Shown here: piece by piece, positions 1 through 11,190 of the stretch | Numbering within the stretch: position 1 is the stretch's first letter | Layout: each line of letters opens with the position of its first letter | From: Thermoleophilia bacterium | GTDB lineage: Bacteria > Actinomycetota > Thermoleophilia > RBG-16-64-13 | DNA length: 64,000 bases | Direction: 5' to 3' | NCBI GenBank assembly: GCA_027493445.1 | Contig: JAOSKU010000001.1 | Span: 1,389,314 to 1,453,313, forward strand | The notes under the pieces: generated by a model | What the model was told of the DNA's origin: nothing | Databases searched by the model: none | What the model saw: only the letters and a program-made list of their open reading frames with translations | Translations under genes and position numbers: made by a program

Positions 1-249
1 GCCCGATAACGTTCTCCGATGGCATGTTCGTCGATCACAGGACACTACTTCGCCACCCTCAGCCGATATCCTACTTGTTTGTTGACGGTTCCTAACACCG
101 GCTCGTGCTGCACGTGTCGAAGTTCCTGCCTCATCGGGAGTGTAGGACGAAACCTGGCTCCATCCCGAGCATGAGTGTTGACAAGGAGAGCAAGCTCAGG
201 GGATGGGTACAGGGGCCTCAGGAAGTGCGAGAGAGGAAGGTGAACTAAC

Positions 250-3200
250 GTGAGGCGAAGACTATTGATCTTCGTGAGCCTGGCCTTGATGGCGGCTGTC
301 CTCGTTGGTGGAATCGCCCATGGGGCTGCTCAGCCGACGGCGAATGCGCGGTCCGGCGCCACTATGACTCTCAAGGACCGCGCCGCGGCTGTACAGGAAA
401 AGAGGGCCAAGAGAATCACACAGGCGCAGAGAGAGGAGGCCGCTGCTCGCGCTGAGGAGGCAGGCCTGACCCTGTCGGAGATCGGGACGGCCCAGATGGC
501 GCCGGGCGAGGCGCCGCACTACTTCAGCGTTCCGAACTACGCGAACAGCCAGCTCGTGGCGCTCGATCTGGACGGCAACGTGATCCCGGGAACCGGGATT
601 CGCAAGTTCGTCGACGGTCTGCCGACCCTGACGCCGGCCGGCGCGAACAACCTGGGGCAGTACATCCCGGTAGCGGTCCCGGACACCACAACATACCCGG
701 GCTCCGACTACTACGAGATCGCGGTCATCCAGTTCCGTGAGCAGATGCACTCCGACCTGAATCCCACGCTGCTTCGCGGGTACGTGCAGCTCTCGACGAG
801 CGTGGTACCCGGCAAGCAGGTCCCGCTGTCCAACGCGAACCTTGACGGCACAACCGCCTCGATCATTGGCTACACCGGCGTAGACGACCCCCACTACCTG
901 GGGCCTACGATCGCCGCTACCAAGAACCGCCCGGTGCGGGTCAAGTTCGTCAACCTGCTCCCGGCCGGCGTCGAGGGCAACTTCTTCCTCCCGGTCGACA
1001 CGACAGTGATGGGATCGGGCATGGGGCCGGAAGGCGCGATGATGGAGGAGCCGGACCCGCAAAACCCGCTGGCCGGTACGCTCCCGAAACCATTCGCCGC
1101 CTACACGGAGAACCGGGCCACGCTGCACCTTCACGGAGGCATATCGCCCTGGATCAGTGACGGGACGCCGCACCAATGGATCACCCCCGCGGGCGAGAAC
1201 ACGCCCTACCCTGAGGGTGTGAGTGTGAGGGCCGTCCCCGACATGAACGATTCGGGCGACCCCCGCGACGGCGCCATGACCTTCTACTACACCAACCAGC
1301 AGTCGGCGCGATTGATGTTCTACCACGACCACGCGTGGGGCATCACCCGCCTGAACGTCTACGCGGGCGAGGCGGCACCGTACCTGATCACCGACGACAC
1401 CGAGAAGGCGCTGCTCAACGCGGGTCTGATTCCAGGTTCTGCGGACACCATCCCGCTGGTCATCCAGGACAAGACCTTCGTACCGAATGAGGATCAGCTC
1501 GCCGCGCAGGATCCGACCTGGGACATGAGCCGTTGGGGTGGCGCGGGCAATCTCTGGCTCCCACACGTCTATTCGCCTGCTCAAAACCCCGGTGACAGCT
1601 CGGGTGTCAACCAGTTCGGCCGATGGGCGTACGGACCCTGGTTCTGGCCCCCGACGAACAACATCGAGAACGGTCCGATCCCGAACCCGTACTACGACCC
1701 AGCCGCCGACCCCGATGCGGGTTGGGTCGAGCCTCCCGAGATGCCCGGGACGCCGTTCAACTCCATGGGCATGGAAGCCTTCATGGACACCCCGGTCGTG
1801 AACGGGACTGCGTGCCCAACGACCACCGTTGAACCAAAGGCCTACCGCCTGCGCATTCTGAATGCCGCCAACGACCGGTTCTTCAACCTTTCTCTCTACG
1901 AGGCTGACGTAACCGAGACCGAGGTGGCCCTCAACGCCGCCGAGGTGGCCGCCGCCCTCGAGGACCCAGCCGGGGTCTTCCCCACGCCGGACACGAGCCT
2001 CAGCCCGGCTGGTCCGGACTGGATCCAGATCGGCACCGAGGGTGGGTTCCTGCCTGCCCCGGCGGTCATTCCAGCCCAGGTCACTACCTGGGTGACGGAT
2101 CCGACCGTGTTCAACGCCGGCAATGTCGACAAGCACTCGCTCCTGCTGGCCCCAGCCGAGCGAGCTGACGTGATCGTCGACTTCTCCGCCTACGCGGGCA
2201 AGACGCTGATCCTCTACAACGACGCGCCCGCGGCCTTCCCGGCGCGCGATCCACGTTACGACTACTACACCGGCAGCCCGGACCTGAGCGATACGGGCGG
2301 CGTGCCCCCGGTGCTGCCCGGCTACGGCCCCAATACCCGTACGGTGATGCAGATCAAGGTCGCCGGCGTCGCGGCTGCGCCGTTCGACCTGGCGGCGCTG
2401 CAGAATGCCTTCGCGCACCAAGCCGATAGCGGCGGCGTGTTCGAATCAGGACAGAAGCCGATCATCGTCGGGCAGGGTGCCTACAACTCCGCTTACGGAA
2501 CCACGTTCAAGACGAATGGAGCGGACGCCGGGCTCGTGCAGATCTTCAACACGTCGTTCTCGTTCAAGACGCTCGCCAACGGGGCCACCGGCCCATCGCT
2601 GACGATGCCGCTTGAGCCGAAGATGATCCAGGACGAGATGGGAGAGGCATTCGACCGCACGTACGGGCGCATGAGCGGATTCCTCGGTCTGGAGGCGCCG
2701 AACGCTCAGGCCGGGTTGCAGAACATGATCCTCTACCCGTTCACCTTCCCGCCGTCGGAGGTCATCAAGGGCATCGAGCTCCCGGAGGGGACTGAGGCGC
2801 AACCCATCGCCTCGGCGGACGACGGGACGCAGATCTGGAAGTTCACCCACAACGGGGTGGACACCCACCCGATCCACTTCCACCTGTACGACGTGCAACT
2901 CATCAACCGCGTGGGCTGGGATGGGATCATTCGCAGACCTGACACGAACGAGCTTGGCTGGAAGGACACGGTCCGGATCAGCCCGCTCGAGGATACGATC
3001 GTCGCCTTGCGACCGATAATCCCGAGCCTCCCGTTCGACGTGCCGAACAGTATCCGCCTCATCAATCCCTCGATGCCTGAGGGTGCTGTCCTTGAAAACT
3101 CGACGCTGGCGGACGCCAACGGGCAGCCAATGATGGCGTTCGCGCCGGACGGCGAACCGATCGACGTCATCAACCACTTCGTGAACTTCGGTTGGGAGTA

Positions 3201-4249
3201 CGTGCTCCACTGCCACATCCTCAGCCACGAAGAGATGGACATGATGCGGTCGCAGGTGGTGGGCGTAGCCCCGAAAGCTCCGTCCGGCCTGACGGCGACT
3301 CGCGTCGGGAACGGCAGAAACCGGCGGGTGGACCTGGTCTGGACCGACAACGCGATGAACGAAACTGCGTTCGTCGTCCAGAGGGCAACCGATTCCCACC
3401 GGCCCGTGGACGACGATTGCCACGGTGCCGTCCACTACGACCGGACCGACGACCGGCCCAATCACGTACTCCGACCCCATCGGCAACACGAACCAGACGT
3501 TCTTCTACCAGGTGCAGGCCATCAACGTGGTGGGCGACACCTGGGATTACTCCGATCCGAATCTCAACGAGATCCCGCCGGGAGGTGGGTTCCCCACCCT
3601 GAAACTCGACTCGGCGTTCTCGAACACGGCGACGTTCTCCTCGGAGCCGCCGCCCGCGACGCCGCCCGCGGCGCCGACCAACCTGGCAGCCATCCTCGCG
3701 GGCCCGACTCAGGTGGACCTGACCTGGACCGACAACGCCACCGACGAAACGGGCTTCGTGGTCGAACGCTCCGACAATAGCGGGCCGTTCGTCCAGATCG
3801 CCGCACCCGGGCCGAGAGACGGAACGGGCAGCGTCGCCTTCAGCGACTCCCCCGTGGTACCCGGCACCACCTACGACTACCGCGTGAAAGCCGTGAACAG
3901 CGCCGGATCGTCCGGATACTCGAACACGGTAAACGTGGTCGTCCCCGCCGCGCCCGGCCCGCCGGCGGCTCCCTCCAACCTGAGCGCAACCGCCGGGCGG
4001 GCGGGTCGCAACACAGACAGGGTGACGCTCAACTGGACCGACAACTCCAGTGACGAGACGTCATTCACCCTCCAGCGAGCCACGAACTCGACCTTCACGG
4101 CCGGCCTCAACACGACCACAATCTCGGCGAACATCACCGCCGCCGTGCAGACGGTACCGCGTAACGTGACCTACTGGTATCGGGTGCGGGCAAGCAACGC
4201 CGGGGGCGACTCCGCATGGTCGAACGTGGTCAGCGTGCTCACACCATGA
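250..4249 (+). CDS. Large secreted multicopper oxidase (laccase-like) with C-terminal fibronectin type III repeats; one frameshift near 3395
   Basis: N-terminal signal peptide. All four Cu motifs present: HLHGG, YHDH, HPIHFH, HCHILSHEEMDM. FN3 repeats (PAAPTNLAA..VDLTWTDNATDETGFVVERS; TLNWTDNSSDETSFTLQRA) continue in ORF 3425-4249. Removing one C in the run ttcccacc (~3394) joins the frames as TDSTGPWTTIATVPSTT. Confidence 0.85.
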
Positions 4250-4294
4250 ACCGCAACCCGGGCGTCGCCTGACACCGGCATCAACTCCTGCGTC

Positions 4295-4330
4295 CCCCGG
4301 GGCGGCACCCAGCCGCCCCGGGGCTTTTGT
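4295..4330 (+). terminator. Rho-independent terminator
   Basis: Perfect 12-bp stem ccccggggcggc / gccgccccgggg, 5-nt loop, followed by ctttt, 45 bp after the stop codon. Confidence 0.85.
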
Positions 4331-4397
4331 CGTAGATCCTCGGGCATCGTCCACGGGTCTTGCCACGCATCCGTCCCGCCTATACGCGCTGCACCCG

Positions 4398-4622
4398 GAC
4401 AAACCCGCCATCGCCTTCCAGGGGAAGGTGCTCACCCACCGGCAGTTCAATGCACGGGTCAATAGTCTTGTCAACGCCTTCTGCCGAGACCACTTGGCCG
4501 GGTTCAAGAAGCCCAAGTCGGTCGAGTTCCAAGAAGAGCTGCCCAAGAGTCCAGCGGGCAAGATCCTGAAAGAGAGCTGCGCGAGGGCTACTGGAGCGCG
4601 CCGGGAAGCTGGTCCCAAGTAG
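4398..4622 (+). pseudogene. Internally deleted acyl-CoA synthetase remnant (N-terminal piece fused to C-terminal piece)
   Basis: IAFQGKVLTHRQFNARVNSLVNA is joined directly to FCRDHLAGFKKPKSVEFQEELPKSPAGKILK, the AMP-binding enzyme C-terminal motif. Confidence 0.65.
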
Positions 4623-4629
4623 GCCTTCC

Positions 4630-5502
4630 GCACGTACGGTGAGCCCGTGCTCGCGAACGGACTTCACCACCCGGAACGCCTCGGCCATCATGATGGGCGC
4701 CAAGCTGTCCTCCCGTTCCCGCAGTCGGGGGAAAACGCCGTAAATCTGCTCGAGGGTCTCGCCCCGATGCCTCCATGCGCGCCGGGTATAGGCCCCCTAG
4801 CTCCAGATTCTCGCGTACCGCCATGTCGGGAAAGGGCTTGCCCCCCTCCGGCACCAGGGAGACGCCGAGCTCCACAATCGCGTGGGGAGACAACTCGTCG
4901 ATCCTCCAGCCCTGGAACTCGACCATCCCGGCTCGAGGGGCGAGCATGCCCGAAATGGCCTTGAGGAGCGTCGTCTTGCCTGCCCCGTTGGCTCCGATCA
5001 GGGCCACGATCTCGGCCTCGCCCACGGCCAGGGAAACGCTCCACAACGCGTGGACGTTGATATAGGAGGCATCGAGATTCCTGACCTCCAACAGGCCGCT
5101 ATTCTCCAAGGTATACCTCGACGACGGTCTTGTTGGCCGCGATCTCGTCCGGCGAGCCCTCGGCGATCTTCTGCACCACAATCCGTTCGCACACCCCCAT
5201 GACCGCGCTCATCACGTGCTCGATCATCAAGACCGTCACGCCGCGGCTTCGAATGCTTCGTGCCAGCTCCATGGCTTCATCGACCTCGGTGTGGTTGAGT
5301 GCTTCGGGGTGAGCCCGCCCACAGCCAGAGCACCCACGAAGCCGGCCGCGCCGCCTACCGCCACCAGCACGGGCAAGGGAAACTTCAGTTCCAGGAGGGC
5401 CGAACCGTAGACCCCTATGCCGAAGAACGCGGCCGGGGCCAGCGACATGTAGTTCGTGGGACCAGAGAAGATGGTCCAGCTCACGGTCAGGATGACGTAC
5501 AT
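4630..5502 (-). pseudogene. Collapsed branched-chain amino acid ABC transporter remnants (livM-, livG- and livF-like pieces)
   Basis: Permease piece SWTIFSGPTNYMSLAPAAFFGIGVY; LivG-like tail GVTVLMIEHVMSAVMGVCERI..VVEVYLGE; LivF-like LLEVRNL..GANGAGKTTLLKAISG with internal deletions. Confidence 0.7.
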
Positions 5503-5552
5503 GAAGATGGTGCCTGCCCCAGGACGGCCGTCTGAACTTTCTCGGCCATCCC

Positions 5553-5700
5553 ATGTACGTGATCAATCTGCGCACCCACGGCCTTCACCTGACACCCGCA
5601 ACAACCCCGCCAGGCTCCCTTCACGCCGGGCAGCCGCAGCGACAACATGCTCGTGATGCTGGAACCGGGGCAGAGGACGGTCTACGAGTACGATCTCTCG
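5553..5700 (+). pseudogene. Fragment of a multicopper oxidase N-terminal cupredoxin domain
   Basis: INLRTHGLHLTP and, in a second frame, DNMLVMLEPGQRTVYEYDL resemble the TNLHxHGLH..DN..v.i.PG...yey motif. Confidence 0.5.
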
Positions 5701-5710
5701 AAGCAATCAC

Positions 5711-5933
5711 GAGAGCCAAGCCAACGCCTTTGCCGCCTGGCTACTCGCCCCCGAGGATCGCTTGGAGGCCAAAATCAGGGAGGCTCGCTGTGTCGCCGAG
5801 CTTGCCGAGGATTTCGAGGTCCCAGAGGAGCCAATGAGCCTGCGGCTCAAGATCAGGCAGGCACTGCGGCAGCCGAGCGGCTGCAGGAGGCCAACAAAAC
5901 TATTGACAGACCCCAGCGTCCTGCTACCATAAA
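5711..5933 (+). pseudogene. C-terminal fragment of an ImmA/IrrE-like protein
   Basis: My translation reads ESQANAFAAWLLAPEDRLEAKIREARCVAELAEDFEVPEEPMSLRL, matching the E.qAn.FA..LL.P...lA..F.V....RL tail; no N-terminus is present. Confidence 0.5.
5903..5930 (+). promoter_or_regulatory. Sigma70-type promoter for the MNT-HEPN operon
   Basis: TTGACA at 5903, 16-bp spacer, extended -10 TGcTACCAT; GAGG RBS before ATG 5966. Confidence 0.6.
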
Positions 5934-5965
5934 AACGGCACCACGGTGCCCTTACTGAGGTATAT

Positions 5966-6538
5966 ATGCTATCCACTCTTATCACGTCAAAAGCCCGCCG
6001 AACCATCCTCACACTCTTCCTGACACATCCTGAGGAGCGCTTCTATCAAAAACAGCTCATCCGCCAGCTGGGGATGTCCTCCTCGCTAGTCCAGAAGGAA
6101 CTCAGGAAGCTGGAGGAGATCGGGTTCGTTACCAGTAGCCGGGAAGCCAACACCCGGTTCTTTGCCGTGAACAAGGACTTCCCGCTCTATCAGGAGCTCA
6201 AGAGCATCGTCTACAAAACAGTTGGCCTGGCTGATTTCCTGCGGGAAGCCCTGCACGACATCGGCAGCATCCGCGCGGCTTTCATCTACGGCTCCGTTGC
6301 CAAGAACCTGGAGGACGCCCGCTCTGACATTGATCTAATGGTCATCGGCGACGTTGACCAGGACAAGCTCCACGAGGCCGTCTCAGCCGCCGAGAACGCG
6401 CTTGGCCGCGAAGTGAACTATTCAATCTTTGAGCCGGCCGACTGGAAGAGCCAGCTTGCCGGTCGGAAGGCCTTCGTCACCAGTGTGGCCGAGGGACCCA
6501 AGGTGTTCCTGGTGGGAGGTGAAGATGAGCTTCGATGA
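5966..6538 (+). CDS. HTH plus minimal nucleotidyltransferase (MNT) antitoxin
   Basis: N-terminal winged HTH; FIYGSVAK...SDIDLMVIGD nucleotidyltransferase motif. Confidence 0.85.
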   Translation: MLSTLITSKARRTILTLFLTHPEERFYQKQLIRQLGMSSSLVQKELRKLEEIGFVTSSREANTRFFAVNKDFPLYQELKSIVYKTVGLADFLREALHDIGSIRAAFIYGSVAKNLEDARSDIDLMVIGDVDQDKLHEAVSAAENALGREVNYSIFEPADWKSQLAGRKAFVTSVAEGPKVFLVGGEDELR

Positions 6539-6983
6539 CCTCCTCAGAGCACGGGTCATCGAACGAGTCGAGGTTACTCCTGAGGAGATCGCCGGTCTCT
6601 TTGCCGTGGCCAGACGAGACATCAGAACGGCTCAGCATCTGGTCTCTGCCGACCTGGACTGGGCTTTTGCCATTGCCTACAACTCCATCCTTCAGCTCTC
6701 CATCGCTTACATGAACTATCTGGGCTTTCGGCCCCGGGGCGAGGGCAAGCATTTCAACACCTTCCGCTTTCTGGAGAAGGCCCTGCCCGAAGAGCAGACA
6801 ATGGTCAGGCGCCTGCAGAAACTGAGAAAGAAACGGAACGTCACCATCTACGAGCACGCCGGATCCGTCAGCGAGAAGGAAGCGCGGGACGTGATCGAAT
6901 TTGCCGTCCGTTACTACAAACACATTGAATCGAAACTCCCTGACGAGATCACCGCCCTCGGAGAGAAGGAGGAAGACCGATGA
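6525..6983 (+). CDS. HEPN domain toxin
   Basis: Overlaps the MNT stop; typical WAFAIAYNSIL..GEGKH and RKKRNVTIYE (Rx4-6 H/Y) motifs. Confidence 0.8.
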   Translation: MSFDDLLRARVIERVEVTPEEIAGLFAVARRDIRTAQHLVSADLDWAFAIAYNSILQLSIAYMNYLGFRPRGEGKHFNTFRFLEKALPEEQTMVRRLQKLRKKRNVTIYEHAGSVSEKEARDVIEFAVRYYKHIESKLPDEITALGEKEEDR

Positions 6984-8524
6984 ACTGCGTCATCTACCTC
7001 CGCGTCTCAACCAAGGAGCAGGCCGATAAAGCCGACTCCAGGGAAGGCTACTCCATCCCTGCCCAGCGGGAGGCCTGCGCTCGCTACATCACCAAAGAGG
7101 GCTGGAACCTGCTCGATGAATATGTGGATCGGGGCGAATCGGCCCGCTCTGCTATGAGACCCCCAGCTCCAGGAAACGCTCTCCCGCATCAAGAAGCACG
7201 AAGACGTGCAGGTGGTGGTCGTCCGCAAGATCGACCGCCTGGCCCGCAAATTGGAAGACTACGTGGTCATCAAGGCCATCCTCAAGAAGGCCGGCGCCTC
7301 TCTTGTCTCCGTCGTCGAGAATATCGAAGACACGGCTTCCGGCCGCCTGATCGAAGGCATCCATGCCCTCATGGCCGAGTTCTACTCCGCCAACCTCGGT
7401 ATGCAAACCAAGAAGGGAATGATCCAAAGGCCCGCCAAGGTGACTGGACCTGAGATGGCGCCCCTGGGCTATAAGAACGTCCAGCAGAACGTCGGCGGTC
7501 GCCTTCTCCGCGCCATCGAAGTGGACGAGAAAGGGGCGCCGCTGGTCAAGCTCGGCTTCGAGCTCTACGCGACCGGCGACTGCTCCCTACCGAACTCACC
7601 GAGGAGCTCTACAAACGGGGACTGCGCAGCCGGGGGGACCAGAGGTGTCCCTCAGGCAAGGTCCACAAGTCGAACATCCACAAGATCCTCCAGACCGAGT
7701 TCCACAAAGCGACGGTGGTCTGGGACGGACTGGTGGCCGAAGGCGTCCATCCGCCCCTGATCACCCGCGACCTCTTCGAACGGTCCAGGAAGTCCTCAAG
7801 ATCCACGACGCCGCGGCGAGCGCAAGAGGAAACACCCGCACTACCTGCGAGGGACCCTCTACTGCGGCGAGTGTGGCTCCAGAATGTCGTCGCTGACCGC
7901 CAAGGGCAACCTACCTCTACTTCTACTGCTTGGGCCAGAAACGCCACTACGGCTGCCAGCAGAAGTACGTGCTTGCCGAGGATCTGGAGAAGGCCATTGA
8001 GAAGTACTACCAGCGCATCCAGCCACCGAAGAAAGTGATCGAGCGCCTGGCCAAAGATTTCGGGGACGAGCTCCTGGCCCGGCAATCCAACACCATCGAC
8101 GAGCAACAGTTCATCACCCGGCGGATGGCCAGGTTGGCCGACCAGCGGAAGAGGCTAACGGAGGCCTACTATCATGGGGCTATCCCCATTGAGGTCTTGA
8201 AAGCTGAACAGACCCGGATCACCGGCGAGCTGGACGATTGCCAGAGCCGGTTGGAAGTCCTGAAAGAGGGGCGACGCGGATACCAAACGGGTCCTAGAGC
8301 TTGCCTTGGCCCTCGCGTCCAACTGCGCCGACGCCTACGAGAAAGCCAACCCTAAGGCCCGCCGGATGTTCAACCAGGCCTTCTTCAAGAAAACCGCCGT
8401 ACAAGACAAAGAGGTCAACGCAGTACACTACGCTGACCTCTTCGCCCTGCTCTTTGAACCAAGTTCGAATAAGACAGATATGGTAGCGGGGGCAGGATTC
8501 GAACCTGCGACCTTCGGGTTATGA
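6980..8524 (+). pseudogene. Large serine recombinase with zinc ribbon and coiled coil; multiple frameshifts
   Basis: CVIYLRVSTKEQ (catalytic Ser), KIDRLAR, APLGYKN, C-x2-C ribbon, coiled coil, spread over at least five reading frames; last frame stops at 8524 inside the att repeat. Confidence 0.85.
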
Positions 8525-8527
8525 GCC
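8479..8527 (-). repeat. att site: 49-bp duplicate of the tRNA-fMet 3' half
   Basis: tatggtagcgggggcaggattcgaacctgcgaccttcgggttatgagcc is identical to 48337-48385. Confidence 0.95.
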
Positions 8528-8589
8528 TATCCGGCGCCAATACAACCCGGGTCACCAGAAGTGAACCACGTCCAACAATGGCAGCACAC

Positions 8590-8663
8590 GGGCGGTTTCT
8601 CAGGTCAACGCGGTCCAACCAAGTACAAGGCCGGACAGCTCCGGCGTTGGCAAAATGTTGGCA
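8590..8663 (+). repeat. Imperfect ~70-bp direct repeat at the left island end (probable integrase arm sites)
   Basis: ccggcgttggcaaaatgttggca (8641-8663) matches 48247-48269 at 22/23; similarity extends ~45 bp upstream. Confidence 0.65.
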
Positions 8664-8873
8664 AAGAATTCCACCACCCAGATAGCGAGCATCGGCAAGG
8701 AGGCAATCCGGAGCAACCACCTCTCCCCGGGAGGGGCAGGCCTGGCGGGTCGTCTGAGCCAGAAAGCGGTCTCTGGCTCCCGAGATTCCAAGATCCTCGT
8801 ATTTGGCCGTGTCTGGCCTTCCCCTCGTGACCGATGATCTCTTTCTGAAGGCCCTTTGGTCCTAGCGCTTGTC

Positions 8874-9584
8874 CTATTGCGGAAAGCTCAGCCATTCTTG
8901 GGCGTAGCCGGACTGGTCCGGCCGGGTTCCCGGGACCGCGTCAATGAAGATTGAGTACTCATCGAGGTACTTCTCCCCCCCGATGGTCCAATAGCTGATC
9001 GCGAACCATTCGAAGGGTGGTTCTAGACCCGCAAGATCGGAGAGGGGAACGGGCACGAGGAGGCGATCCTTGTGGGTCTCATCCAACGAGGGCTCGTCCT
9101 CCAAGGTGGTCGAGCCGCCCGTCGAGTCCGAGACCGTTGCCTGCCAACCCTCAATTGTCACTGCGCTAACCAGCCACATCCGGCTGCCCTTGCGCAGCGT
9201 AAGAGACCAATCGATCTCGACGAGTTGTCTAGGCCCCCGCCAAAGCCCACCCCCCAATTGGTTTGCAGCACCGAGGTCACCTGCCGAGCGGAAGGTGACA
9301 AGGAGCCTGTCGGCCTCGGCTAGAAGAGAAACGGACACGAGGTCACCGGCGTCGTCGGTTGGTTTCAGTCCGACATCTTCGGCCAGTATCGGTCCGTCGT
9401 CTGCCAAGAACATGGCATCCCCGGAGGGGTCCGAGGCTTCAGAGGCTCCGGCGAAGACTGGTGTGTCGTACGGCGCACAACTGACCAAAGTGCTTCCCAC
9501 GCCAAGGGTAACCAGGAGGAAGATCAGCATCGATGCGGCAGCCCGCTGCTGAAACATGGTAAACGAGTTTCTCGATTCTATCAA
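8874..9584 (-). CDS. Hypothetical lipoprotein or secreted protein
   Basis: Hydrophobic N-terminus ending LVSC (lipobox-like); 236-aa ORF. Confidence 0.5.
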   Translation of the reverse strand: MIESRNSFTMFQQRAAASMLIFLLVTLGVGSTLVSCAPYDTPVFAGASEASDPSGDAMFLADDGPILAEDVGLKPTDDAGDLVSVSLLAEADRLLVTFRSAGDLGAANQLGGGLWRGPRQLVEIDWSLTLRKGSRMWLVSAVTIEGWQATVSDSTGGSTTLEDEPSLDETHKDRLLVPVPLSDLAGLEPPFEWFAISYWTIGGEKYLDEYSIFIDAVPGTRPDQSGYAQEWLSFPQ

Positions 9585-10006
9585 AAAGCCTCCCTCATGA
9601 GAGTGCGGTCACAGACCGGTTCGGTTGTCTCTTCCCAGCGTCACGTCTCGACGTCGGCATCCGGACTCTTGCCCGCAACAGATCCCAAAGAGTGAACAGC
9701 CTCAGCGACACGTGTACAGGGAAGGACACGGCAAACAGCAAGGCACTACGTTCGTTGTAGCCCAAGTCACTTACACCCCGCTCCTCTTCGAGTCGCCGAC
9801 GTCAGAGGAGGCACGGCTCCCTCGCTGCCCCGCCAGACGGCTGTGGGATACGTACCTCCTGGCGGCCATCTCTCCCCCTCATCACTCAGGCTGAGAGGTG
9901 GGGGAGAGCATGGGTGCGCTCACTGAGTGTATGTCCGGCCACCGCCCCATCATCACCGGAAATACCGCGGCCTCTTACCCGAAAAAGGAACCGTCTGGCT
10001 CGTAGC

Positions 10007-10357
10007 CTACCTTGCCTCCGTCACACGAGCGATGGTCGTCAGGATCGCCGTCGCCGGATAGAAGATCGCAACTCCGATCAGTATTGGAGCGCGCTGCCAG
10101 CCAAGGAGCCACACGGCAAAGAACGCCACGGCCACCAGCCAGACACCGATGAGGATGCGCTGCCACGCCGCAAAGACGGCCAGCCCGCCAGGAAGCAGGA
10201 CAAGGATAGTCCAGAGGACGAGGTAGAGAGGGTGCAGGTTGCCGCCCCAGACGGTGATGAGCATCGGGACGGCGTATGACGCCAGAGCCAGACAGGCGGC
10301 TAGAACGGCCAGATCGTGAACGGAGGGTCGCCAGTCGGCGTCGCGCTTTCCGCGCAC
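10007..10357 (-). CDS. Small hypothetical membrane protein
   Basis: 116 aa with about four hydrophobic segments. Confidence 0.5.
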   Translation of the reverse strand: MRGKRDADWRPSVHDLAVLAACLALASYAVPMLITVWGGNLHPLYLVLWTILVLLPGGLAVFAAWQRILIGVWLVAVAFFAVWLLGWQRAPILIGVAIFYPATAILTTIARVTEAR

Positions 10358-11047
10358 TACTCAACCCGGCCCTTGAGTTGCGTGGCCGCCACCTCGAAAT
10401 CCGTGGGTTGGATCATTGGGTAACTCCCTTCTTGTGAGAGCAGTCGATAGAAGACTCCGCTCTCATCCAGGTCGTAGGCATAGCCGTTCGACGGCAGAAG
10501 CAGACGACGTGCTCCTCCCCCCCTTGCCCCAATAGCGCACTGCTGCATCAGCGCTCGTGCAGTTGGCTCCCCGCGTGCGCGTCCCGGAACGCTTGCTCCC
10601 CTCGTCGAGGTAGTTCAACATCCGGTTCCCGATCCGCTCAAACTTGACGAGGTCTCCTCGACCGTGGGGGTCTACATTGACCATGGAGGTTGCGTCCTGG
10701 TAGTGGGCTCGCACGAGAGCAAGCAGCGCATCAGGCTTGCTGGCGAAGGGTGCCAGGAAGTTCACGCAGCAGACCTGGGAAGAGCAGAGATGGGTCGTCG
10801 GCCCACCTTCTATGCCCTTGTGCCAGGGGATGCCTTTGGCCGCAAACGCCTCGATCTGATTTCTCACGCCGACGAAGAGGTTCTCGCCGGCAACATCCAG
10901 CGGCAGGCAGAAGGGGTACCTGGGTGACTCCGGCCGAGCCGAGTAGTGTCCATCCGCCTGGGCCGATAGGGTGAAGAGCTCGGGATCGTGTTTGAGGGCA
11001 GCCTGTCTCTGCTTCTCCTCGGACAAGAAGGACCGCACCTTGGCCAT
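10357..11047 (-). pseudogene. Truncated, frameshifted putative restriction endonuclease (PGN_0703-like)
   Basis: HLCSSQVCCVNFLAPF and RTRGANCTSADA motifs recalled for this family; frame breaks at ~10545. Confidence 0.5.
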
Positions 11048-11190
11048 CGTCTATCGACCTCCCATCAGGAATCCCGGACGCCGATACAAAGCCGATCCAT
11101 CATACAAGACCTGACGGACAGACGATTCGTGCGACCAGAGACCGAGGGACGTCAAGCTCGTCTTGGCGACTAGAAACTTCCCGTCCGGAT

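Noticed and set aside
125-150. Hairpin followed by CGAAAC resembling a hammerhead ribozyme
   Set aside because: Required CUGANGA core is missing upstream.
262-2421. Long antisense ORFs (also 27329-28369, 50810-52099, 52986-54533, 37299-38306)
   Set aside because: Shadow frames of well-supported genes in high-GC DNA; no motifs.
9878-9905. Possible extra site CTCATCACTCA-ggctga-GAGGTGGGGGA
   Set aside because: Only CACT and GGTG match; too weak without a PWM score.
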